Positions 30,887-40,193 of a DNA stretch of 64,000 nucleotides are shown here, one piece after another. Numbering within the stretch: the first letter of the stretch is position 1; each line of letters opens with the position of its first letter. Source of the stretch: Cyanobacteria bacterium P01_D01_bin.156 (lineage in GTDB: Bacteria; Cyanobacteriota; Cyanobacteriia; Phormidesmidales; Phormidesmidaceae); contig JBCCQQ010000001.1 of NCBI GenBank assembly GCA_039024555.1, positions 288,001 through 352,000 of the forward strand. Direction: 5' to 3'. The notes below the pieces were generated by a model that ran no database searches, was not told where the DNA came from, and saw only the letters and a program-made list of their open reading frames with translations. The position numbers and the translations under genes were made by a program.

Positions 30887-31016
30887 AGACATCTCCAACA
30901 AAGAATTTAACGGGCATCCTCCCCATTAAATTTCTCGATTCTGTGGAACCTTGAATCTTATCTCTTAGAAGTGAGTAAGCAGAGGAAAACTCAACCACCA
31001 GTATAGTCTTTTCGAA

Positions 31017-31055
31017 AAAAACCTTCCTTCCCTAAGTTAGGGAAGGAAGGTTTTT
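31017..31055. terminator. Perfect 19-bp inverted repeat, bidirectional-terminator-like
   Basis: AAAAACCTTCCTTCCCTAA-g-TTAGGGAAGGAAGGTTTTT. Confidence 0.75.
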
Positions 31056-31135
31056 AACCCAAATTCCGCCGTTAAATTGGCACATTCGATAATTAATAAC
31101 GAAGCAAATGGATCACAGCCTCTAAAAAGACAGAA

Positions 31136-31164
31136 ATTCTCAATAATCGAGAATTATTGAGAAT
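31136..31164. promoter_or_regulatory. 12-bp inverted repeat resembling a cyanobacterial Fur box
   Basis: ATTCTCAATAAT-cgaga-ATTATTGAGAAT, about 205 nt upstream of the haemagglutinin gene. Confidence 0.45.
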
Positions 31165-31369
31165 GGAATAAAATTAGTTCAGATGAACCATCTGGGTAAC
31201 CAAACCCTTTACAGAAAAGACTTGCAAATTTAATAGCTAATTGTGACAGTTGGGAATGCGGAATGTGGGTTTTACCCTAAGACTCTACTGGCCAATGACG
31301 CTGATAATGATACTGTTCCAAAGGAAAATCCTGATAGGGTAGGGAGCGTAGGTGCCTTAATGTATAACT

Positions 31370-33736
31370 GTGCTCCCTAAAAAAATATACGGATTGAAAT
31401 GCTGGTTTACCACTGGTGGACTGATATTGTCTTATCTGACATTACCAAGGGCGGCTTTTGGCCAGGTTATACCCGATGGTACAACGCTGACACCAGATCC
31501 TGGAGCCTGCACAGTCACCTGTACCATTCGAGATGGTACATCAGATGCGACGGGTACTAACTTATTCCATAGTTTTCAAGAATTTTCAGTTCCTGGTGGG
31601 GGCACGGTTTTTTTTGACCATGCTCCCACTATTCGTAATATCTTTTCTCGGGTGACTGGCAGCAACCCCTCCACTATTGATGGAACCCTTAGCACTAATT
31701 TCTTGAGTGAGGCCAATCTATTTTTGCTAAACCCCAATGGGATTATTTTTGGGCCAGATAGCAGCCTAGATATTGGCGGTTCATTTGTGGCCACCACCGC
31801 TGCCGCCATTCAGTTTGGCACCCAAGGAAGCTTCAGTGCCCTAGAGACCGACCTTAACCCTGCCCTATTAACAGTTGCCCCCTCCGCATTTTTGTTTAAT
31901 CAATCAACGGTTGCTCCCATTGTTAATCAATCTATAGCCCCTCCATTACCACTAGCCTTTGCTCCTGGTTTAGGAGTTCGGAGTAATCAAAATCTGGTAT
32001 TAGTCGGTGGTGACATCATTTTAGAACCAGCGCCTGCTAATCAATTTGGGCTTGGAGGAGGCCTGAGTGCTCCTAGCGGTCGCATTGAGCTCGGCGGTCT
32101 CAAGGAACCAGGGAGTATTCAACTAGATATAACCGATGGTAAACCAAGCCTAGCCTATGGAGATAATGCACCGCTGGCTGATATATCTATTCGTGGAGCT
32201 ACCTTAGACGTATCCGACTTTTTTAATGGAGCAGGGGACATTGTTGCAACAGCAAATACGTTTTCTGCTTTAAAGAGTTCTCTCACAAGTATCATATTGC
32301 TTAGCTCAGAAAATGCAGGGAATATTTTGATCCAAACCAACGAGGAAGTCAGCCTCAAAGATTTTACTAATATTTCAAGTAATACTTCAGGTTCTGGGAC
32401 GGGAGGAACAATAAAAGTTATCACTAACAGTTTCTCTGTAGAAGAGAGTTCTGGTCTATCTGTGAGCACATTTGGACCAGGCAGTAGTGGACAAATTATC
32501 GTAGAAGCTGAAACAATTGCTCTTAGTGATGATAGTGGTATTAACAGTGAAGCCTCACTAGGTGATCCTGGAAAAATTCAAATTAGTACTGCATCACTCC
32601 AACTGGATAATGTTTCGCAGATATCAACATTAACTGATGAAAATGCACTAGACAAAGATACAGCAGGCAATATAGATATTGAAGCACGAGATTCGATTAC
32701 GTTACTCAATAACAGTACTATCCAAAGCCAAACTCTTGGCCAGAGAAATGCCAGCCCTATCACACTAACAACATCAAATCTCAATATTCAAAGTCTCTCC
32801 AGCATCTCAGCTAGTACCAGCGGCACTGGTTCAGGTGGTCCAATCAACATCAATGCATTAGATACCGTCACCCTGAATGATGAAGGCACCATTGCCGCCA
32901 GCTCTACGGGTTCAGGTCCTGCAGGGGATATTTCCATACGCGCCGACAATCAACTGCGAGTAGATGATGGAGCCGCTATCACCGTCAGCGGCACAAGTAG
33001 CGGCAACAGCGGTATCCTCAGGATCATCAGCGATATTGTCGTACTTGATGACGGCCAACTACTCGCCTCCGTAGCAGAAGGCGAAGATGGCAACATCAAC
33101 CTAAGCACCGACGCCCTAGTCCTGCGAGGCGATAGCCTAATCTCCGCCGAAGCCTTCAACAATGCCAACGGCGGCAACGTCGACATCACCGCTCCGTTCA
33201 TCATCGCCCTTTTCCCCGATGGTCCCAACGGTAGCGACATCATCGCCAGTGCCGACACCGGAAACGGAGGTCGCATTACCATCCAAGCCAATACCTTATT
33301 TAATATCGCCGAAAATCAAGCCATCGACGGTAACCGTACCAACGACCTCGACGCCACCTCCGGCACTGGCATCGATGGCGAAGTCATCATCACCACCCTC
33401 GAAGTCGACCCCGACGAAGGCACCCTGCGTTTACCCCCCAATTTGGCAGCCCCACCACTCAGAGAAGGCTGCCAAGCAGGCAGCAACGGCCAGTTTGTCA
33501 CCTCAGGGCAGGGAGGGCTCACACCCACCCCCTACGACTCCTTTAGCAACAGCGGTATCCAAGAAGACATTCATCCCCCCGGCCAAACCATCGCCGAAAT
33601 ATCTGAGCAGCCATCCAACAGCCTGATAGAAGCCGTCAGCTGGCACAAAAACAAACAGGGTGCTGTAGTTCTAGCACCAGCAAACACTACCTACCAAAGC
33701 GCCTGCCAGCAGACCGTTGCAGGAGGTACCTCCTGA
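31370..33736 (+). CDS. Filamentous haemagglutinin N-terminal (TPS) domain exoprotein
   Basis: Signal peptide, NLFHSFQEFSV, NIFSRVTG and FLLNPNGIIFG; beta-helix repeats GxxGxIxI; C-terminal C...FVTSGQGGLxP...W. Confidence 0.93.
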   Translation: MLPKKIYGLKCWFTTGGLILSYLTLPRAAFGQVIPDGTTLTPDPGACTVTCTIRDGTSDATGTNLFHSFQEFSVPGGGTVFFDHAPTIRNIFSRVTGSNPSTIDGTLSTNFLSEANLFLLNPNGIIFGPDSSLDIGGSFVATTAAAIQFGTQGSFSALETDLNPALLTVAPSAFLFNQSTVAPIVNQSIAPPLPLAFAPGLGVRSNQNLVLVGGDIILEPAPANQFGLGGGLSAPSGRIELGGLKEPGSIQLDITDGKPSLAYGDNAPLADISIRGATLDVSDFFNGAGDIVATANTFSALKSSLTSIILLSSENAGNILIQTNEEVSLKDFTNISSNTSGSGTGGTIKVITNSFSVEESSGLSVSTFGPGSSGQIIVEAETIALSDDSGINSEASLGDPGKIQISTASLQLDNVSQISTLTDENALDKDTAGNIDIEARDSITLLNNSTIQSQTLGQRNASPITLTTSNLNIQSLSSISASTSGTGSGGPININALDTVTLNDEGTIAASSTGSGPAGDISIRADNQLRVDDGAAITVSGTSSGNSGILRIISDIVVLDDGQLLASVAEGEDGNINLSTDALVLRGDSLISAEAFNNANGGNVDITAPFIIALFPDGPNGSDIIASADTGNGGRITIQANTLFNIAENQAIDGNRTNDLDATSGTGIDGEVIITTLEVDPDEGTLRLPPNLAAPPLREGCQAGSNGQFVTSGQGGLTPTPYDSFSNSGIQEDIHPPGQTIAEISEQPSNSLIEAVSWHKNKQGAVVLAPANTTYQSACQQTVAGGTS

Positions 33737-33737
33737 T

Positions 33738-36569
33738 ATGAAAACGTTTTCTTCTCGACATTTCAGACTGTTACTCTCAGCGCTCCTCAGCTTTCTAATC
33801 ACCATCAATAGCCCCGCCTTTGCTGCACATTGGCAAAATACTTCAACACAAACGGCCAATAGCACAATTGTTGCTCAAGCCTCTACATCCTTACTACAGG
33901 TCGGCATCCGCCACTACCAAGCTACCGAGTATAGCGCTGCCATTAACAGCTGGAACCGAGCCCTAAATGCATCATCCGATGTCTTAACCCAGGCACTGTT
34001 GCTGAGCAATCTCTCCTTAGCCCATCAACACCTAAGCCAGTGGAGCAAGGCAAACCAAACCATTAGCCAAAGCTTAGAGCTCCTAGCAATTCCTACAGAA
34101 ACCACTGCCTACAGCGAAACCCTAGCCAAAGCCCTTAATACCCAAGGCCGCTTACACTGGGCAACCGGGGATACCGAAACCGCCCTAGTCACCTGGCGCA
34201 GAGCAACTGTCGCCTATCGCCAAGCTAACAATCTCCGAGGTACTCTGCTGAGCTTAATTAACCAGGCAAAAGCACTCCAAACCCTAGGGCAACATCTCCA
34301 GTCAGAAACAATTTTGCAGGAGGATGTATACCCCCTGCTGCAGAGTGAAGCAGTCGACCCAACACTGCGAGCAAGCGGGCTGTGGCAACTTGGCAATGCC
34401 GGACGTCAACTAGGTAAACTCTCGCTAGCAGAAGAGCATTTAAACGAAAGCCTTAAAATTATTGAACAACAACAGTTAGACCATATAAAGTCTTCCGTTC
34501 TGTTGGATTTAGCCAATACAGAACGGGCACTGGCAAGAAAAAAGAAAGCCATTGGGGAAAAATCCGAAGCAAGCAATCACCGGCAGCAGGCTCTGGAACA
34601 TTATCAGCAAGCGGTGGCCAGCACGAATGCACCGATGACGCAGCTCCAGGCAAATCTGAATCGGTTGAGCTTATTAATCGAGACGAAACAGTGGGCTGAC
34701 GCCAGTGCGCTGTGGCCAGACCTAGCACCTGATTTGGAGAATTTATTGCCTGGACGCACAACGGTCTATGCACAGTTGAATTTTGCCAACAGTTTGATGG
34801 AGCTGATGGAAGCAGCAGTCTCCTCCCCTGCTGCTTCCATCACTCAACGGTTCCCCTTGACAAGGGGAACCGTCAGGGAGGGGTTTCGATCCACTGCGCC
34901 AGTGACCGAACACCCCTCCGTTGGTTCCCCTTCACAAGGGGAACCGAGTGTAATGACAGTTCTGGCAAAAAAGCAGTCGGTTGTTCAGGCCCCCAAACCC
35001 CCAATGCTGGAGGCTTTGAATGTTCCTACGACGGATAAAATTGACGCTATTATCCGTAACGCTATCCGGCAGGCTGAGGCGATTGCTGATCCGATTGCAA
35101 CGTCCTACGGGATTGGGCAGCGGGGCAAACTCTATGAACTAACTAAGGACTACGCAAAAGCCCAGGAACTGACTCAGCAAGCGCTGCAGCTAACAGAACA
35201 ACAATCTTTTCCTGACGGTCGTTATCGCTGGGAATGGCAGCAGGGCCGTTTGTTTAACCACCAGGGCAGACAAGCAGAAGCCCTTGAAGCCTATGGCCAC
35301 GCGGTAGATACTCTGAAAACAATTCGTAGAAATTTATTGTTTATTGATGCGGAAGTTCAATTTTCGTTTCGAGATAATGTAGAACCCGTCTACCGAGAGT
35401 TGGTGGAACTGTTGTTAAGCAAAGACGCAAAGGATCTAGATGAAGCCACACTAGACCAAGCCGTAGAACAAATTGATAATCTGCAGCTCAGCGAGCTAGA
35501 AAACTTTTTGCGCTGCGACCTAACGGCAACGACGAAGATCAATCAGTTTGAGGTGGATGCCAGTACCGCCATTCTGCATCCGATTCTTCTGGAGCAGCGG
35601 TTGGGGGTGATTTCTCAATTTGAGAATGGAAAAAAATTTACCACATTTGACATTCCCAAGGCTGAGGCAAAAAAAGCTATCAAACAGCTGCGGAGCGACC
35701 TGAGTGAAGCTCCAGACCGCACACCAGCAGTTAGACAGACAGCCAAGCTGTTGTACCAGTGGCTAATAGCGCCCATTGAACCGGAGTTACAAAGGCGCAA
35801 TATTAAAACGCTGGTATTTGTACTGGATGGCCCACTGCGGAATATTCCCATGGCGGTTCTACTGGATGGGCAGCAGTATTTGATCGAGAAATATGCGATC
35901 GCAATTGCCCCAGAGCTAGAACTGTTCAAGCCCACTGCCCTCACCCAAGACCTCAAAGTCTTTACCGGTGGTGTCGGCACGCCTCAAGAAATCAATGGCA
36001 AGAAGTTTCCAATTATCGAAAAACTAGACGAAGAACTCGAACCCATTGATCAGCTCTTTGGCACACAGAAACCGGTTACCAATCAAGACTTTAACCGTGA
36101 CAACATAGCAGTAAAGCTGAGCAACAACAGGTTTTCTGGCATTCACATCAAGACCCACGGCGTCTTTAGCTCTGATCCCGACTCCACATTCATTGTGGGA
36201 CATGAAGAACTAATTAGTGGTGAAGACTTAGGCAATCTCATTCAGATCGGTAGCCGCCAAGGCACCATCCCCATTGAGCTATTGGTACTCAGCGCCTGTT
36301 CTACTGCCACAGGCGACAACAGAGCCATCCTAGGATTGGCGGGGATAGCAGTGCGAGCAGGAGCACGCAGCAGCCTATCTACCCTATGGGAAGCAGAAGA
36401 TATCCCCAATACAGAACTGATGATTCAGTTTTATCAGGAACTACAAACACCGAATATCACCAGGGCTCAAGCCTTGCAAAATGCCCAGCTAGCCCTGATG
36501 AAAAATCCGAGTTACGGAAGAATTCCCCATTATTGGGCTAGCTACGTACTAGTGGGTAACTGGCTTTAG
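33738..36569 (+). CDS. Exported TPR + CHAT (caspase-like) domain protein
   Basis: Signal peptide, TPRs, HIKTHGVF and LVLSACSTA His/Cys dyad, PHYWASYVLVGNWL; AGGAGG upstream of ATG 33738. Confidence 0.93.
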   Translation: MKTFSSRHFRLLLSALLSFLITINSPAFAAHWQNTSTQTANSTIVAQASTSLLQVGIRHYQATEYSAAINSWNRALNASSDVLTQALLLSNLSLAHQHLSQWSKANQTISQSLELLAIPTETTAYSETLAKALNTQGRLHWATGDTETALVTWRRATVAYRQANNLRGTLLSLINQAKALQTLGQHLQSETILQEDVYPLLQSEAVDPTLRASGLWQLGNAGRQLGKLSLAEEHLNESLKIIEQQQLDHIKSSVLLDLANTERALARKKKAIGEKSEASNHRQQALEHYQQAVASTNAPMTQLQANLNRLSLLIETKQWADASALWPDLAPDLENLLPGRTTVYAQLNFANSLMELMEAAVSSPAASITQRFPLTRGTVREGFRSTAPVTEHPSVGSPSQGEPSVMTVLAKKQSVVQAPKPPMLEALNVPTTDKIDAIIRNAIRQAEAIADPIATSYGIGQRGKLYELTKDYAKAQELTQQALQLTEQQSFPDGRYRWEWQQGRLFNHQGRQAEALEAYGHAVDTLKTIRRNLLFIDAEVQFSFRDNVEPVYRELVELLLSKDAKDLDEATLDQAVEQIDNLQLSELENFLRCDLTATTKINQFEVDASTAILHPILLEQRLGVISQFENGKKFTTFDIPKAEAKKAIKQLRSDLSEAPDRTPAVRQTAKLLYQWLIAPIEPELQRRNIKTLVFVLDGPLRNIPMAVLLDGQQYLIEKYAIAIAPELELFKPTALTQDLKVFTGGVGTPQEINGKKFPIIEKLDEELEPIDQLFGTQKPVTNQDFNRDNIAVKLSNNRFSGIHIKTHGVFSSDPDSTFIVGHEELISGEDLGNLIQIGSRQGTIPIELLVLSACSTATGDNRAILGLAGIAVRAGARSSLSTLWEAEDIPNTELMIQFYQELQTPNITRAQALQNAQLALMKNPSYGRIPHYWASYVLVGNWL
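34841..35020. repeat. Palindromic small dispersed repeats inserted in frame in the CHAT gene
   Basis: Hairpins CGGTTCCCCTTG-a-CAAGGGGAACCG (34848-34872) and GGTTCCCCTT-cac-AAGGGGAACC (34923-34945); GCCCCCAAACCCCCAATGCTGGAGGC unit at about 34989-35014. Confidence 0.8.
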
Positions 36570-37342
36570 TTTTCTACCAGTTCTACAGGGCCAAGGACAG
36601 GAGTCTGAATAAATTCAGCTAAATCCACAGACTCCAACAATTCTCCCCATTTTTGTTCTATAGCAATACAATCAGCAGTCTTGACAGCGCCTGGTGCTCG
36701 TTGAGCTTTCATACGATCTGCCAAACGCGCGATGGTGTCGTACCAAACCTCAGGCGAACTATCCATCACCTGCCGTTGCATTTCGGGTGTAGCAGCAACC
36801 CGATCGACCCAGCCATTGATATTAATGTTCGTCTTTGCTGTCGAGGTAGAGTTACAAAACAGTTTGAGATACCAGTGGTGACGCTCTCCTACTTCCAGAT
36901 TAGCAATGGCATCTGGCGGTAGGGTAATGCTGACTAAACCCGGTTGCTCAGGCAATACAAACTCAGCCCGGTATAGCCAATCCTCATCATTGGAGGTCAG
37001 GACAGAAAATTCACCCTTCTGAACTTCCGCCGCTGTGTAGGGCATGTAAAACCAAAATGTGGGACGCTCCGACAGAGTTTTGCCATACACAGTGACCGGA
37101 GTAATCGCCGTCAAGTCATGGGGCGTTTCAGGACACACATCCTCGCCCAGGCCACCTCCCGGTGTTCTTTCTCCAGTGGGTGGGGGTGTAGAGGGTGCAT
37201 CGGGTAAAGATGCTGTTCTCTGATCGCGCCCACCGTTGTCAATGGGATTAGGAATCGCTGACACACCAGCAGTTAACCCTAGATGACTAATCAGAACTGC
37301 CAAGACAAAACTGACGAAAGTTAAACGGTTTTGATATCGCAT
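36566..37342 (-). CDS. DUF928-domain protein
   Basis: Signal peptide, PGGG..C, TLSERPTFWFYMPY, HWYLKLFC, GWVDR, WYDTI and W.ELLESVDL. Confidence 0.9.
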   Translation of the reverse strand: MRYQNRLTFVSFVLAVLISHLGLTAGVSAIPNPIDNGGRDQRTASLPDAPSTPPPTGERTPGGGLGEDVCPETPHDLTAITPVTVYGKTLSERPTFWFYMPYTAAEVQKGEFSVLTSNDEDWLYRAEFVLPEQPGLVSITLPPDAIANLEVGERHHWYLKLFCNSTSTAKTNININGWVDRVAATPEMQRQVMDSSPEVWYDTIARLADRMKAQRAPGAVKTADCIAIEQKWGELLESVDLAEFIQTPVLGPVELVEN

Positions 37343-37351
37343 ACTTCCTTC

Positions 37352-39799
37352 CTATGGATAACGTTTTATACTCAAAAGCTTCAAGAGCCCCTCTAGCCGT
37401 AGGAAACCATATTTGCGAGCTAACAAAACTCCAGCGGTTCCTAATAATGCTAACAGTGCTGGCACAAAAGGCACCCATCCCCCTTTAACCAAAATTACCA
37501 GACATAGCCAGTACAAGGCCCAGCCCGCCAATAGCAAAGCCAGGGCCAGCAGTGGAAAAACTCTAAAGGCACTCAGCCCCCATACCAGGACTCCACCCAG
37601 CAGTGCCCAGCTCCACATCCACAGCATGTCTCCCCACTGCACTCGCCCCCACTGAGGCAGCACCCAGATTAAACGACGCTTATTTAGCACCGCGCTGAGG
37701 ATATGACTCACACCGTGGGCATGAACCCACACACCAGGGAGTTCACCAAAGGGAGTCTCTCGATAGTCATTGCCTAGGGGATCGACCACACCGATTAAGA
37801 CGATGCGATCGCGAATGTCATCATCTGCGAACTTATCCGCCAGCACATCGCCAAAACTCATCCGAATGGCTGGCCTGGGCTTAAAGCGATAATTTAAGAG
37901 CAGCTGATTACTCTGACCATCCAGGTTCTGATAGGCGGCCGTCTGAGCCGCCAACCGTTTAAGTTTTACATCTCCTAACACCCATTGCCCGCTATCGTTC
38001 GCGTGTAACGGTTCCACCCCTTGACGCAACAAAAACCGTAGCGCTAGATTCAAACTCAAGCTGTAGGAAGTCACACAATCCGACGACTGATCATCCAGCT
38101 TGGCGTCATAGGACAGCAGCTGACGTCGTACAACAGATTTTCCCGGTTGAAAGGTGCCATCGGTTTCTAAATCACTAAACCCCACCTGCTCTTGAGACTG
38201 CTCAGGCGAAAACTCAGGAGGATGCCCCAAAATATCGCGGTCGCCTAACCCAAAGGAACAAACCGTGACCAGATCAGGAAAATCGTCAAACTGCTTGAGC
38301 AATTGATCTCGGCCCTCACCATTGGACTGATATCGATGTAAATCAACACCAATGGCAGCAGGGTCATGGCGACGTAGCTTAGTTAGCGCAGTTGCCAGCT
38401 GATCGTCATCAATCGGGTAACCATATTCATCCGTATCATCAGCCGTAATCTCTACCAGCAGGAGCCGATCATCAACAGGAAGACTGCTATCCCAGCCGAC
38501 GGGACGAGCACGCACCAAAGCATCGTAAGCTGACAACTCTAAAGGCTGCAATAATCCAAAGCTACGCAATCCGGTCAAAATCAATACCATCACCAGTGCT
38601 ATCGGCAGAATGAGCCTACGCAGGTCAACGTCTTCTGGCTTTGCTGTATCAAAATTGCCTGGTTGACGTAAAAAACGCTGAAACTTGACCGGCTGTTTTG
38701 GGTTACGCCAGTTAAATAAACCTGCCGTTGGATTTTGATAAATCACCGGCAACCAGCTAGCTCCAGGAAAATCACTCTCTAGACCTTGCAAATTCTGACG
38801 AGCAACACGAACTGACGAATAAAATGCCTCTCCCTGTGAAAATGATTGCAAAAATTTTTTAAGGAAGGTTTGGGCCACCTCATCTACCACTGGCTCCCGC
38901 ATGGCAATCAGTTGAGGCAGATTTAATCCTACGAGTTCTCTCGCTAAACCCAGACCATCACAGGAGTTAAAAATTGCTAGCTTTAAACCTTTCTCAATGG
39001 CATCTTTAAATGCAAATCTCAACTCAGCAATCGACAGTTTCTCATGCGCATTCAGGGAGAGTTGTTCCCGCATTTCTCCCATGGCATCTACAGCATGGCT
39101 GGTACTATGCCCTGCAAAAAAGAAGATATCCCAACCTACAGCATCATGCAAATATGCATCGAGCTCAGACCGCATAGGCTGCTGAAGAACAACTGTGTCC
39201 GCCGCAGAGCTTTCTAAGAAAAAACGATCTGGCTGCAGATCAAGACCATCACCGTAACCTAAAACCACCAAAATCCTCATTTGTTGACGGATACGGCTAG
39301 TAGGTACCTGCTGATAGCTCCTAGCACTGATAGCAATTTCAGCTTTTTGATAGTGCTCAATAAAACACCACAGATGCCAGGGTATTTTTTGCAAAAGCGG
39401 ATCTTCGGTTTCGATGATGAATCGAATATTTTCGTCGGTATCTAACTTAGTTCTAAGTTGTTGATCAATGTTGCGAAACTCTGACGCATTGAGCCACTGA
39501 TTAAGCCGCTTTTGTAGCTGTTTCTCCAGAGAGAGCAATGCTGGTGCTGAGACATTAGTGGGCTCAGTCTCGTCAAACTCAAAGGTGTTCGCCGAATGCC
39601 GAAACCGGGGAATGCCCTGTAGGGCAAGATATAGCTTTTGCCAGCGCTGGTATAGCAGTGGAATGTCTGGCGCACTGGGTAGACCACCCGTACACTGCAT
39701 TTTAGAAGCACCACCCTCTGAAAAAAGCTGTGCTGTAATGTTGGATAAACCGACATCACAGTTGCCTTCGCCTAACTTTAAGATAACGCACGAACTCAT
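37352..39799 (-). CDS. CHAT + CHASE2 membrane protein
   Basis: FFFAGHS and IFNSCDGL (CHAT dyad), SWLPVIYQNP, TM, CHASE2 (LELSAYD, IGVDLHR, PGVWVHAH) and three C-terminal TMs. Confidence 0.92.
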   Translation of the reverse strand: MSSCVILKLGEGNCDVGLSNITAQLFSEGGASKMQCTGGLPSAPDIPLLYQRWQKLYLALQGIPRFRHSANTFEFDETEPTNVSAPALLSLEKQLQKRLNQWLNASEFRNIDQQLRTKLDTDENIRFIIETEDPLLQKIPWHLWCFIEHYQKAEIAISARSYQQVPTSRIRQQMRILVVLGYGDGLDLQPDRFFLESSAADTVVLQQPMRSELDAYLHDAVGWDIFFFAGHSTSHAVDAMGEMREQLSLNAHEKLSIAELRFAFKDAIEKGLKLAIFNSCDGLGLARELVGLNLPQLIAMREPVVDEVAQTFLKKFLQSFSQGEAFYSSVRVARQNLQGLESDFPGASWLPVIYQNPTAGLFNWRNPKQPVKFQRFLRQPGNFDTAKPEDVDLRRLILPIALVMVLILTGLRSFGLLQPLELSAYDALVRARPVGWDSSLPVDDRLLLVEITADDTDEYGYPIDDDQLATALTKLRRHDPAAIGVDLHRYQSNGEGRDQLLKQFDDFPDLVTVCSFGLGDRDILGHPPEFSPEQSQEQVGFSDLETDGTFQPGKSVVRRQLLSYDAKLDDQSSDCVTSYSLSLNLALRFLLRQGVEPLHANDSGQWVLGDVKLKRLAAQTAAYQNLDGQSNQLLLNYRFKPRPAIRMSFGDVLADKFADDDIRDRIVLIGVVDPLGNDYRETPFGELPGVWVHAHGVSHILSAVLNKRRLIWVLPQWGRVQWGDMLWMWSWALLGGVLVWGLSAFRVFPLLALALLLAGWALYWLCLVILVKGGWVPFVPALLALLGTAGVLLARKYGFLRLEGLLKLLSIKRYP

Positions 39800-39978
39800 C
39801 AGGACTGCTGAGGATTAAGCTGAAAACATGTCATTAACCATATCCTGCGCACAGGCGCAATACAGATACAAGCGCAACATACGTTCACAGCCCCCACTGG
39901 CTTAGCACAGCTTTCACCTCGTCATCTCACACACAGTATCTAAACAGCATTCTTAGCACAAATCCCCTATCACCTAAA

Positions 39979-40084
39979 CTTAGGAGCTGTTAAGAAGCGA
40001 CATCACGGTTTAAGCCTGAAAAACTTGTTAAGCCATGATTTAAATTCACAAAGCCAGGATTCTATTTTTTTAAGAAGCCCTTAA
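39979..40084. mobile_element. MITE-like dispersed element, copy 2
   Basis: CTTAGGAGCTGTTAAGAAGCGAC...CTTGTTAAGCCA...AAGCCCTTA, colinear with 20583-20692. Confidence 0.7.
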
Positions 40085-40193
40085 TAAGTCAGAGAGCAGA
40101 AAAATATGCTGACAAATCCAGAAAATGTCAGAAAGTAGCGTTGCGGATTTGGCATACACCGTCCACATCAACAAACATGATCACACTCAGACA

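Noticed and set aside
28420..40190. attR duplicate of the tRNA-Pro 3' end delimiting an intact island or prophage
   Set aside because: I could not find a second copy, and there are no phage structural genes or full integrase.
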